Part shown: positions 44,883-52,662 of the stretch, piece by piece
Layout: every line of letters starts with the position of its first letter
How positions within the stretch are numbered: the first letter of the stretch is position 1
NCBI GenBank assembly: GCA_017512465.1
Contig: JAFWGH010000025.1
Coordinates: 1 to 52,662 of the forward strand
Length of the DNA: 52,662 bases
Source: Clostridia bacterium
GTDB taxonomy: Bacteria; Bacillota; Clostridia; Oscillospirales; Acutalibacteraceae
Direction of reading: 5' to 3'
Notes under the pieces: model-generated
Told to the model about the DNA's origin: nothing
Seen by the model: the letters and a program-made list of their open reading frames with translations, nothing else
Database searches by the model: none
Position numbers and translations under genes: made by a program

Positions 44883-46242
44883 TTTTTATACCCTTCCTCT
44901 CATAAAGTGATTGAATGACCTGTTCAAGATGCATGCCGTGACTTCCTTTAAAAAGCACTGCACTGTTATCCTCTATTTCTTCCAAAAGCGCCTGTTCGAG
45001 CGCCTGTTTTGTTTCAAAATGTTTTACCGCTTGCATGCCCTGCACCTTAGCCGCTTCACAATAATAGCGCGCGTTTTCACCATACGCGAGCAGTACATCC
45101 GCACCGCTTTCGGCGCAGTACACACCGACCTTTTCATGCATTTCTTTTGCATAATCGCCGAGCTCGAGCATATCCGCGAGCACTGCAATGCGCTTGTCGG
45201 CTTTTATGCACGCGAGTGTGCCGAGTGCCGCTTTCATGGAATCGGGAGATGCGTTGTAGCAGTCCTCAATCACCCGAAACGCGCCGCAGTCCACAACCTT
45301 TTGGCGCATGCCCGCCGGTACATAGCGCGCGAGCTGTGCCGCAAGCGCCGAAGCTTCTATGCCGTTTAGTGTTCCCACCGCAAAGGCGCACAGTGCATTT
45401 AAAACATTGTGTTCACCCACTGTCGGAATGGTGAGCGGCTGTTTGCCGCCTGAATAGCACACGGTAAAGCTTGTTGCGCCGCCTTTTATGAGAATGTTTT
45501 CGGCTTTAAAATCCGCCTTTTCGTTTTGAATGCCGAAATAGTAAACTTTTCTGCCCTCGATTTTCACGGAGCCGAGCAAATCATTATCGGCATTTAAAAT
45601 AAGCGGTGCATCCGCATCCATGCCCTCGAGCAGTTCCAGCTTTGCTTTGAGTATCCCCTCGCGCGAGCCTAAATTTTCAATATGCGAAACGCCGATATTG
45701 GTAATTACGCCCATGGTCGGTCTACTTCTTAACGCGAGCTGACAAATTTCGCCGAAATGGTTCATGCCCATTTCTATAACCGCTGCTTCATAGCTTTTAT
45801 CGAGCCCCAAAAGTGTTTTCGGCATGCCGATATCGTTATTGAAATTGCCCTCGGTTTTGAGGGTTTTATATTTTGCGCTCAAAGCGAGTGCAATAAATTC
45901 CTTCGTTGTGGTTTTGCCCACGCTGCCGGTAATGCCGACAAGCGGAATATGAAAGAGTGAGCGGTAATATCCCGCGATATCGAGATACGCCTGCCTTGTA
46001 TCGCGCACATACAGCACAGGCACCGTACATGCCACCGGTTTGTGGCACACCAGCGCTGCGGCGCCTGCTTGCTGTGCTTGTAAGGCGAAATCATGCGCAT
46101 CAAAGCGCTCGCCTGCAATAGCAATAAATAAGCAACCCTTTGTGATTAAGCGCGTATCGGTGCAAATATGCTCTATAGGCATATCTTCTGTGCATTCCGC
46201 ACCAACCGCTTTCGCAATATCCTTTAAGCTGAGTTTTTCCAC
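44875..46242 (-). CDS. murF: UDP-MurNAc-tripeptide--D-alanyl-D-alanine ligase.
   Basis: TDTRLITKGCLFIAIAGERFDAHDF, the GITGSVGKTTTK P-loop and Mur ligase C-terminal patterns. Confidence 0.92.
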   Translation of the reverse strand: MEKLSLKDIAKAVGAECTEDMPIEHICTDTRLITKGCLFIAIAGERFDAHDFALQAQQAGAAALVCHKPVACTVPVLYVRDTRQAYLDIAGYYRSLFHIPLVGITGSVGKTTTKEFIALALSAKYKTLKTEGNFNNDIGMPKTLLGLDKSYEAAVIEMGMNHFGEICQLALRSRPTMGVITNIGVSHIENLGSREGILKAKLELLEGMDADAPLILNADNDLLGSVKIEGRKVYYFGIQNEKADFKAENILIKGGATSFTVCYSGGKQPLTIPTVGEHNVLNALCAFAVGTLNGIEASALAAQLARYVPAGMRQKVVDCGAFRVIEDCYNASPDSMKAALGTLACIKADKRIAVLADMLELGDYAKEMHEKVGVYCAESGADVLLAYGENARYYCEAAKVQGMQAVKHFETKQALEQALLEEIEDNSAVLFKGSHGMHLEQVIQSLYERKGIKNE

Positions 46243-47696
46243 TATATTTCTCCTGCCAGTATCCCTTTAACGATTTCACGCTCATCATAGTGCCGCTTTT
46301 CCCTGCCGATAATTTGGTAGGTTTCGTGCCCCTTACCGGCAAGCACGATAATATCATCGGCTTTTGCTTCACCCAAGGCGAAGCGAATCGCTTCGGTGCG
46401 CTCTACAATAATCTTTTGCGCCACGCTGCTGCCCTGTAAGCCGACAGCGGCATCATCCACAATCTTCACCGGGTCCTCGGTGCGCGGATTGTCGGAGGTG
46501 AGCACCACAAAATCGGCAAGCGATGCCGCAGCAGCCGCCATCTTCGGGCGCTTGCCGGCATCTCTGTCGCCGCCGCAGCCAAAGACAATGATAACCCTGC
46601 CCTTGGCAAACTCTTTAACAGAACTCAAAATATTGATAATACCATCCGGTGAGTGTGCATAGTCGATAATCACGGTGTAATCCGTATCGGTCGGCACAAC
46701 CTCAATTCTGCCCTTTACCCCTTTGAGCGAGGAAAAAGCGCTCACGGTTTTTCTGAAATCCAAGCCTTCGCTGATTGCCGCCGAAGCCGCACACAGTGTG
46801 TTATACACCGTGAAGGAGCCCGGCACGGGGCATTTGAGCCTTGCAATCATATCATCGCCCAATAATTCATATGTGACGCCTCTTGCGCTCAACACGATGT
46901 TTTTCGCCACAAAATCGGCATCGTTATTCTCTGCGGAGTAGGTGTACACCTTGCACGAAAGCCCCTGCGCCATATAGGCGGCATGCGGGTCATCCGCATT
47001 AATAATCGCGGTATCACAGTTCTGCAAAAGCAGCTTCTTCGCCGCGGCATAGTTTTCCATCGTGCCGTGATAATCAAGATGGTCTTGAGTTAAATTCGTA
47101 AAGATAGCGGTGCTGAAATGCAAGCCCTCTACCCTGCCCTGCGCGAGCGCCTGGCTGGAGACCTCCATCACACAATAACGGCAGCCCGCTTCAACCATCT
47201 TTGCAAATAATGCCTGTAATTCATATGCGGGCGGGGTGGTGTACTTCGCTTCAAAGCACTCCTCGCCAATCATATTTTGCATGGTACCGATTAAACCCAT
47301 TTTAATTTCAAAGAGTTCAAACAGGCTCTTGATAAAATAGGTGGTTGAGGTCTTGCCGTTTGTGCCGGTCAAGCCGATTAATTTGAGCTTGCGGGCAGGA
47401 TTGCCGAAGAAGTTGGCGCACATGAGTGCATACGCCGTGCGCGTATTCTCCACAATGATTTCCTGCTCCAAGCCGACCGAGTGCGTGCAAACAACGGCAA
47501 CCGCACCGCGCTGTATCATATCGGCAGCGGCATCATGCCCATCAAAATGCGCACCCTTGATGCATACAAATACACTGCCCTTGCTTACTTTTCCCGTATC
47601 ATCGGTTACATCGGTTATCTGCGTATCAAATCCGCCCGATACCACGCTGACACCCTCTAATAATTCAGATAATTTCATTTGCTCCCTCCGAATCAC
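46242..47696 (-). CDS. murE: UDP-MurNAc-L-Ala-D-Glu--2,6-diaminopimelate ligase.
   Basis: GLTGTNGKTSTT P-loop and the DNPR motif (TSDNPRTEDP) that is associated with meso-DAP specificity. Confidence 0.92.
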   Translation of the reverse strand: MIRREQMKLSELLEGVSVVSGGFDTQITDVTDDTGKVSKGSVFVCIKGAHFDGHDAAADMIQRGAVAVVCTHSVGLEQEIIVENTRTAYALMCANFFGNPARKLKLIGLTGTNGKTSTTYFIKSLFELFEIKMGLIGTMQNMIGEECFEAKYTTPPAYELQALFAKMVEAGCRYCVMEVSSQALAQGRVEGLHFSTAIFTNLTQDHLDYHGTMENYAAAKKLLLQNCDTAIINADDPHAAYMAQGLSCKVYTYSAENNDADFVAKNIVLSARGVTYELLGDDMIARLKCPVPGSFTVYNTLCAASAAISEGLDFRKTVSAFSSLKGVKGRIEVVPTDTDYTVIIDYAHSPDGIINILSSVKEFAKGRVIIVFGCGGDRDAGKRPKMAAAAASLADFVVLTSDNPRTEDPVKIVDDAAVGLQGSSVAQKIIVERTEAIRFALGEAKADDIIVLAGKGHETYQIIGREKRHYDEREIVKGILAGEI

Positions 47697-47712
47697 TTTC
47701 GGCGCTATGCCG

Positions 47713-49974
47713 CTAATCCTCTACAACCGTATCGCTTACACCGCTTGAAGCGATGAAGAATACCGTGATGACCGAACCCTTTTCCACCTCACTGTCTTTA
47801 TCGACAGACTGTCGGTAGGCGGTAACATTACCGCTCTCAAGATTGTTGCCGCTAAAGCGGATATTGAGTCCGTTTTCCGCCGCTAACTGATTGGCTTCGC
47901 TTACGCTCAAGCCCTTGAAGTCCGGCACCTTGACGGTTTCGGCTTTGTAGTTTTCCTCCGTATAGAGAACCACTGTGCCGCCTGTCGGAATATTTCTATC
48001 CGCTGCCGGGGATTGCCCGACCACGGTTTTGCCCTTGCCGACCACGATATACTCGAGTCCCAGCTCTTCCAGCTGCGCCTGCGCTTTACTCAGCTCAACG
48101 CCGTTCAGGGACGGTGTTGCTTTTTCAAGCTTGTTCATTTCCTCTTCCGTGTACTGCGGCTGCACATTGTAATACTTCATGGCTTCCTCAATTACTGCCG
48201 CTACGGAAGGCGCGGCATTAGTGCCGCCGCCGATGTTGCCGCCCTCGGGTTCATCAACCGCAATGAGCACCGCTACCTTAGGGTCATTTGCCGGCGCAAA
48301 CGCCACAAAGCTCGTGACATACTTTTTGCCGGTATCATCACCGAGCGTGCCGAGCTTCTCGGAAGTACCGGTCTTGCCCGCCACGCGGTAGCCGGCAACA
48401 TACGCATTTTTACCGGTACCGTATTTGACAACCTCCTCGAGCATTAAGCTCAGTGTTTTGGAGGTGGCTTCCGAAATCACCTGCCGCTTAACGTTCGGCT
48501 GTGTGGTGGAGGTGACATTGCCTTGTGCATCGAGTACCTCTTTAACCACATACGGCTGCATCAGCTTGCCGCCGTTTGCTGCGGCACACACCGCTGTAAT
48601 CATTTGAATGGGGCTGACCTGGAAGGATTGACCGAAGGATTCACTTGCCAATTCCACCTTGCCCATTTCATCCTCGGTGTGGTAGGTCACGCCTGCCGCC
48701 GGGGTTGCCTCACCGGGCAAATCCACATCGGTTTTTTCGGTAAAGCCGAATGCTTCAAAATATTTATAAAAACTATGTACGCCTAACTTTTGACCGACCG
48801 TGATAAACCACGGGTTACAGGAGTTTTGCAAGCCCTCGGAGAAGGTCTCCGTGCCGTGACCGGTTCTGAGCTGGCAGTGATAAACTCTGTCCTCTACCTC
48901 GATGGAACCGGAATCATAGTAGGTATCATCGGGTTTGACTACGCCCTCCTCGAGCGCTGCCGCCGCCGTAACCACCTTGAATACGGAGCCGGGTTCATAT
49001 GTATCGGAAATGGTGCGGTTACGCCACTGAGCTATCAACGCATCGGATTCCGCCTGGGCGCGCTCCTTTTCATCGGTGATTTTCTTGATTTCTTTTTTAG
49101 CGTCTTTATCCTTGATTGTCCACGGGTCATCGGAATTATAGTCCGGCTTGTTGGACATCGCAAGAATCGCGCCGGTGTTTACATCCATAACCACACCGTA
49201 GGTATATTTTGCATTGGCATTGACTTTTGCCTGCTCTAAATTCTTTTCGAGAGAATATTGCAGCACATCATCAATCGTTAATACCAGGCTCGAACCGTCG
49301 GTCGAATCAATCACGCTTTCATAGTTGTTGGGCATGGAGCCGGCTTGCGCATTTTTGGCAGTGACAATTCTGCCCGCCGTACCGGTCAGCGTATCGTCAT
49401 AATACGATTCGATACCTTCAATGCCCTGACCGTCCGACCCGACAAAGCCCAACACGGTTGAAGCGAAAGAGGAAGAGGAATAATAGCGCTTTGTCGAGGT
49501 TTCCACACCCACGCAGGAGGTGTACTCTTTATCGGTGGTGAAGGCAAGCACCTCTTGCTTGGTTTCATACTCCACATCATCCTTGACAACCTCATAGCGG
49601 CTTTCCTTCTCGCACATTTCGAGAACATCCTCTTTTTTCAAATCCAAAATCTGCGAAAGGTTTTCCGCCACCTCATCCGCAATATTCTTGCTGCGGCTCT
49701 CGGATTCGCTTTTGATGCTCATGGGGTCTACAAAGATTTTCCAAACCGTGGCGCTTTGCACCAGCACATTCATATTGCTGTCGTAAATGGTGCCGCGCTG
49801 TGCTTCTACCACCGTATCGGAGAGTTGGTTTTGTAACGCCTTCTCTTTGTAATAACTGCCCTTTACAAGCTGTACCCACATCAGTTTTACACCGAGGATG
49901 GCAAAGCCGAGAAAAATGACAATCATCAACACGCGAATGCGCTGCAGGTTGACTTTTTTGATTGCTTTTTGCAA
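47713..49974 (-). CDS. Class B penicillin-binding protein (FtsI/SpoVD-like) with two C-terminal PASTA domains.
   Basis: SxxK (SVFK), SxN (SCN), KTG (KTGTSEK) and two PASTA-like repeats at the C-terminus. The track start at 49989 is a TTG inside the GGAGGG. The TTG at 49974, 6 nt after the SD, is more likely. Confidence 0.9.
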   Translation of the reverse strand: MQKAIKKVNLQRIRVLMIVIFLGFAILGVKLMWVQLVKGSYYKEKALQNQLSDTVVEAQRGTIYDSNMNVLVQSATVWKIFVDPMSIKSESESRSKNIADEVAENLSQILDLKKEDVLEMCEKESRYEVVKDDVEYETKQEVLAFTTDKEYTSCVGVETSTKRYYSSSSFASTVLGFVGSDGQGIEGIESYYDDTLTGTAGRIVTAKNAQAGSMPNNYESVIDSTDGSSLVLTIDDVLQYSLEKNLEQAKVNANAKYTYGVVMDVNTGAILAMSNKPDYNSDDPWTIKDKDAKKEIKKITDEKERAQAESDALIAQWRNRTISDTYEPGSVFKVVTAAAALEEGVVKPDDTYYDSGSIEVEDRVYHCQLRTGHGTETFSEGLQNSCNPWFITVGQKLGVHSFYKYFEAFGFTEKTDVDLPGEATPAAGVTYHTEDEMGKVELASESFGQSFQVSPIQMITAVCAAANGGKLMQPYVVKEVLDAQGNVTSTTQPNVKRQVISEATSKTLSLMLEEVVKYGTGKNAYVAGYRVAGKTGTSEKLGTLGDDTGKKYVTSFVAFAPANDPKVAVLIAVDEPEGGNIGGGTNAAPSVAAVIEEAMKYYNVQPQYTEEEMNKLEKATPSLNGVELSKAQAQLEELGLEYIVVGKGKTVVGQSPAADRNIPTGGTVVLYTEENYKAETVKVPDFKGLSVSEANQLAAENGLNIRFSGNNLESGNVTAYRQSVDKDSEVEKGSVITVFFIASSGVSDTVVED

Positions 49975-50091
49975 ACCGATTCCCTCCAAATAAATACTTA
50001 AAATCTCTAATAATTATAATATATAAAATAAAAAGTCTAACGAGAGTCTTAAAAAGGCTCTCGTAATTATATTATGGAATTGAGATGAAAA

Positions 50092-50550
50092 TTACTCATC
50101 AACACGCACTCCGTCGGTCATGTTGTCCGCGGAGTCCACTTCTACATATCGGATTTGGCTTGCATCACGCTTCACCATGTGCAAGTCCTTTACCGCCTTT
50201 TGTTCTACTGTGTCAAGGCTCATGATTTCATACAAGCGGTTATTGAGTGCCACATTTTCGCTTTGCGCCACTTTGATATCGGCATTGTAGCGGTCGAGTG
50301 TTCTTGTTTTTTCCGTTAAGCTCACCTGCAGATAAATGCGGCTGCCGAGCAGCGTAAAGAGAATGACTGCCACTGCCATTACGCGCAAAAACTTATTTCT
50401 GTAACGCAGCTTTTCTTCTTTTTGCTGCTTAAAGCTTTTTTTGGGCGCGCGCACGATACGCGGCTCAAATACCTTTTGCTCCGGCTGCGGCTCTAAGGCT
50501 CTTTTGGGCGCAAAGGTTTCAAAATCATATGCACTGTTGCTGTATGCCAT
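50092..50550 (-). CDS. ftsL: FtsL-like septation protein.
   Basis: 152 aa, single TM (FLRVMAVAVILFTLLGSRIYL) followed by a coiled-coil-like segment. It sits between rsmH and the PBP gene. Confidence 0.75.
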   Translation of the reverse strand: MAYSNSAYDFETFAPKRALEPQPEQKVFEPRIVRAPKKSFKQQKEEKLRYRNKFLRVMAVAVILFTLLGSRIYLQVSLTEKTRTLDRYNADIKVAQSENVALNNRLYEIMSLDTVEQKAVKDLHMVKRDASQIRYVEVDSADNMTDGVRVDE

Positions 50551-50577
50551 TCTATCGTTCCTCTCACACGCGCGGTG

Positions 50578-51519
50578 TTATTCCGCGCACTTTATTGCCG
50601 AACGCAATCTCGCCGAGCGAGACCGGTTGTTATTTTCGATTTCTGCGGGCGACGGGGAAAGTACTTTACACACCTTTACCCGCGGTTTTTTGCCGCACAC
50701 GCACACCGGAAAGTCCTTCGGGCAGGTACAGCCCTGCGCCCACTCTCGAAACTTGTTTTTGACCAATCTGTCCTCGAGAGAATGGAAGGTAATGACCGAT
50801 ATCACGCCGCCCTCATTCATGCATGGAAGCGCATCATCAAGCGCTTTTTCGAGCACCTCTAATTCGCGGTTAACCTCGATGCGGATGGCTTGAAAAGTTC
50901 TTCTCGCCGGATGCGCACCGCGCTTTGCCGCCGCAGGCATAGAGGCCTTAATAATCTCTACCAACTCACCGGTTGTTTCAATAGGTGCGCTCTGTCTTGC
51001 GCGCACAATGCCGGCAGCGATTGAGCGGGCGAATTTTTCCTCACCGTAGCGAAAAATCACAGCCGAAAGCTCTTGTTCGCTATAGGTGTTTACCACATCG
51101 CGCGCACTCATGCCCTCCCCGGACATGCGCATATCCAGCGGTGCATCCGCATGGTATGAAAATCCGCGCTGTGCGGTATCGAGCTGATAGGAGCTTACGC
51201 CGATATCCAACAGCAAGCCGTCGAGCCGGGTAACGCCCCACTCCGATAAGCCCGATATAATGGTTTTAATATTAGAAAAGTTATTATGTATTATTTTTAT
51301 ATTAGGCACCCCTACAAAGCGCTGCGCGAGCACTTCCAATGCCGCCGGGTCCTGGTCTACACAAATCAGCTTACCCGCGCTGCCGAGGTGTTCGAGTATC
51401 GCTGCACAGTGACCGCCGCCGCCTGCCGTGCCGTCCATATACACGCCGCCCGGTTGAATATGCAGAGAATCTATGCTCTCTTGCAAAAGCACCGATGTGT
51501 GATTAAAGCTCATTGTCAT
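50578..51519 (-). CDS. rsmH: 16S rRNA (cytosine1402-N4)-methyltransferase.
   Basis: HTSVLLQESI, DGTAGGGGH, DLGVSS-like (DIGVSSYQLD) and SLEDR motifs. The start probably lies at an internal Met (MTMSFNH) rather than the track start at 51546. Confidence 0.93.
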   Translation of the reverse strand: MTMSFNHTSVLLQESIDSLHIQPGGVYMDGTAGGGGHCAAILEHLGSAGKLICVDQDPAALEVLAQRFVGVPNIKIIHNNFSNIKTIISGLSEWGVTRLDGLLLDIGVSSYQLDTAQRGFSYHADAPLDMRMSGEGMSARDVVNTYSEQELSAVIFRYGEEKFARSIAAGIVRARQSAPIETTGELVEIIKASMPAAAKRGAHPARRTFQAIRIEVNRELEVLEKALDDALPCMNEGGVISVITFHSLEDRLVKNKFREWAQGCTCPKDFPVCVCGKKPRVKVCKVLSPSPAEIENNNRSRSARLRSAIKCAE

Positions 51520-51976
51520 CCGCACCCTCTGAAGGCGCATCTCCAAACTTCATGTACGACATCAAAATATCGCTCTCTTCATCGGTCAGCTGAACCGCCT
51601 TATCGAACTCGGCTTGCGACCATACTTCAATATAGGAGCCTAAGCCTGCGAGCACAATCTCTTCACCGATTTCCAAGCCGATGGCTCTGCGCAACGGCGG
51701 GGGAAGCACCACCCTGCCCTGCTTGTCTGTTTTTGCGCTAAAGGAAAATGCATTAAAGCGCCTTGCGATTTTTGCCGAAGAGTTGAGCGGTAAATCGGAA
51801 ATTTGGCGGCTGATAATATCAAAGCTTTTATTTTCCATGATATACAAGCACTTGCCGAAGCCCAGGGAAATTTTAAACTCTTCGCCGAGCCCCTCACGAT
51901 AAAAAGGAGGAATGACAATACGGCACTTGTTGTCAAGCTTGGTTTCCGCCTGTGCGGTAAACGAATTATATGCCAT
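51503..51976 (-). CDS. mraZ: Transcriptional regulator MraZ.
   Basis: Two SpoVT/AbrB-like halves (LDNKCRIVIPPFYRE and TDKQGRVVLPPPLRR). It is the first gene of the dcw cluster. Confidence 0.88.
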   Translation of the reverse strand: MAYNSFTAQAETKLDNKCRIVIPPFYREGLGEEFKISLGFGKCLYIMENKSFDIISRQISDLPLNSSAKIARRFNAFSFSAKTDKQGRVVLPPPLRRAIGLEIGEEIVLAGLGSYIEVWSQAEFDKAVQLTDEESDILMSYMKFGDAPSEGADDNEL

Positions 51977-52074
51977 ATGCTCACTCCTTTCTTTTTTGTG
52001 AATTTTAGCTCGTTTTTAGGGATAATATGTGCCAAAATGTACTTTTATGGCACACTCTACCACCAAGTACTCTT

Positions 52075-52103
52075 ATTATATTATATTTATGCAATAAATG
52101 CAA
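52075..52103 (-). promoter_or_regulatory. Near-consensus promoter of the dcw cluster (Pmra).
   Basis: On the minus strand: TTGCAT-17 nt-TATAAT, about 100 nt upstream of mraZ. Confidence 0.65.
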
Positions 52104-52143
52104 GCGATTTTTCAAAAAAATTGAAAGGATTTTAAACAAAAAA

Positions 52144-52172
52144 AGAGAACCACAATATCTTGTGATTCTCTC
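52144..52172 (-). terminator. Rho-independent terminator ending the upstream (higher-coordinate) minus-strand transcription unit.
   Basis: On the minus strand: gagagaatcacaa-gata-ttgtggttctc followed by TTTTTTTG. Confidence 0.7.
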
Positions 52173-52662
52173 ATTAGTTATACTATATATGCGTTTTGTT
52201 GTCCGGCAAAAACCGCTTCTGTCGGCTTGCAGGATATACGGCTTTCCCGCGCGGTTTTGAATTTTGAATTATGAATGTTGAATTTTGAATTAAGGTGGTG
52301 CCGCTTGCGGCACATTATAATTGCAATGTTGATTTTTAAATCTTAGATGCTAAATGCTAAATTAAAAGATCTTTCGTCGCTTTGCTCCTCAAGATGACAC
52401 AAACCTGTCACCTCGAGCGCAGTCGAGAGGTCTTTACAATGCAACGCATAGGGCAAAAAGGCTTAAACCCTAACAGGTTTTGGTTGCCTCTTTTTCCCTA
52501 ATACTGCGTTAAAACGCTTCTCAATGCGACAGCATTCCTTCATCGTTTTGCCTTGTTTTAGTGCAAAATAGGCTAACCAAAACTGCGAAGCACCTCTCGC
52601 GAAGATATTTTTGAGATAATTTCTTCGATATTGAAGCCGCTTGGCTAACGCCAAGCAATGAA

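Noticed and set aside
52463-52654. A 63-aa minus-strand ORF near the window end.
   Set aside because: It has a basic, low-complexity translation, no SD, and overlaps repeat/hairpin sequence.

Overview
This window looks like a Firmicutes (Clostridia-like) chromosome. All calls come from motif-level reading of the ORF track and the raw sequence; no database search was possible. There are four blocks.

(1) 1-22.1 kb, all on the minus strand. It starts with a giant Sec-exported adhesin-like protein that is missing from the ORF track because its stop lies outside the window. This protein carries 20 DnaJ-type CxxCxGxG zinc knuckles. Next come two small membrane proteins, a membrane Hanks Ser/Thr kinase and a PP2C phosphatase. 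Then come three FHA-domain proteins, one of them fused to an extracytoplasmic trypsin-like protease. The block ends with a T7SSb-type core: EssC, YukD/EsaB and two WXG100 proteins. The core is accompanied by two paralogous reverse-architecture lipase toxins (N-terminal lipase, hydrophobic hairpin, C-terminal WXG/LXG-like helical domain), two candidate immunity paralogs and three small helical helper proteins. No EssA, EssB or EsaA is recognisable. I consider this T7SS plus Thr-phosphorylation module the best candidate for an undescribed system.

(2) 22.3-22.8 kb. tRNA-Pro(GGG) sits behind a strong promoter. Its 360-nt leader is built from word-plus-mini-hairpin arrays and contains a 23-nt copy of the tRNA 5' end.

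(3) 22.9-36.4 kb. A 13.5-kb integrative mobilizable element is bounded by 25-bp direct repeats. It carries a tyrosine integrase, Xis-like HTH, relaxase and RepA_N-like protein. Its cargo is an Lsa-family ABC-F gene with a leader-peptide attenuator and an OmpR/HK pair with an FtsX-type ABC transporter. It is followed at 36.4-38.2 kb by a plasmid-like remnant: a 3 x 233 bp tandem repeat, an orphan HicB and a RepA_N-like gene with four internal 22-bp iterons.

(4) 38.5-52.0 kb. A minus-strand dcw cluster runs mraZ-rsmH-ftsL-PBP-murE-murF-mraY-ftsW-[490 bp structured insert]-murG-ftsQ-ftsZ. murD and ftsA are absent from their usual positions.
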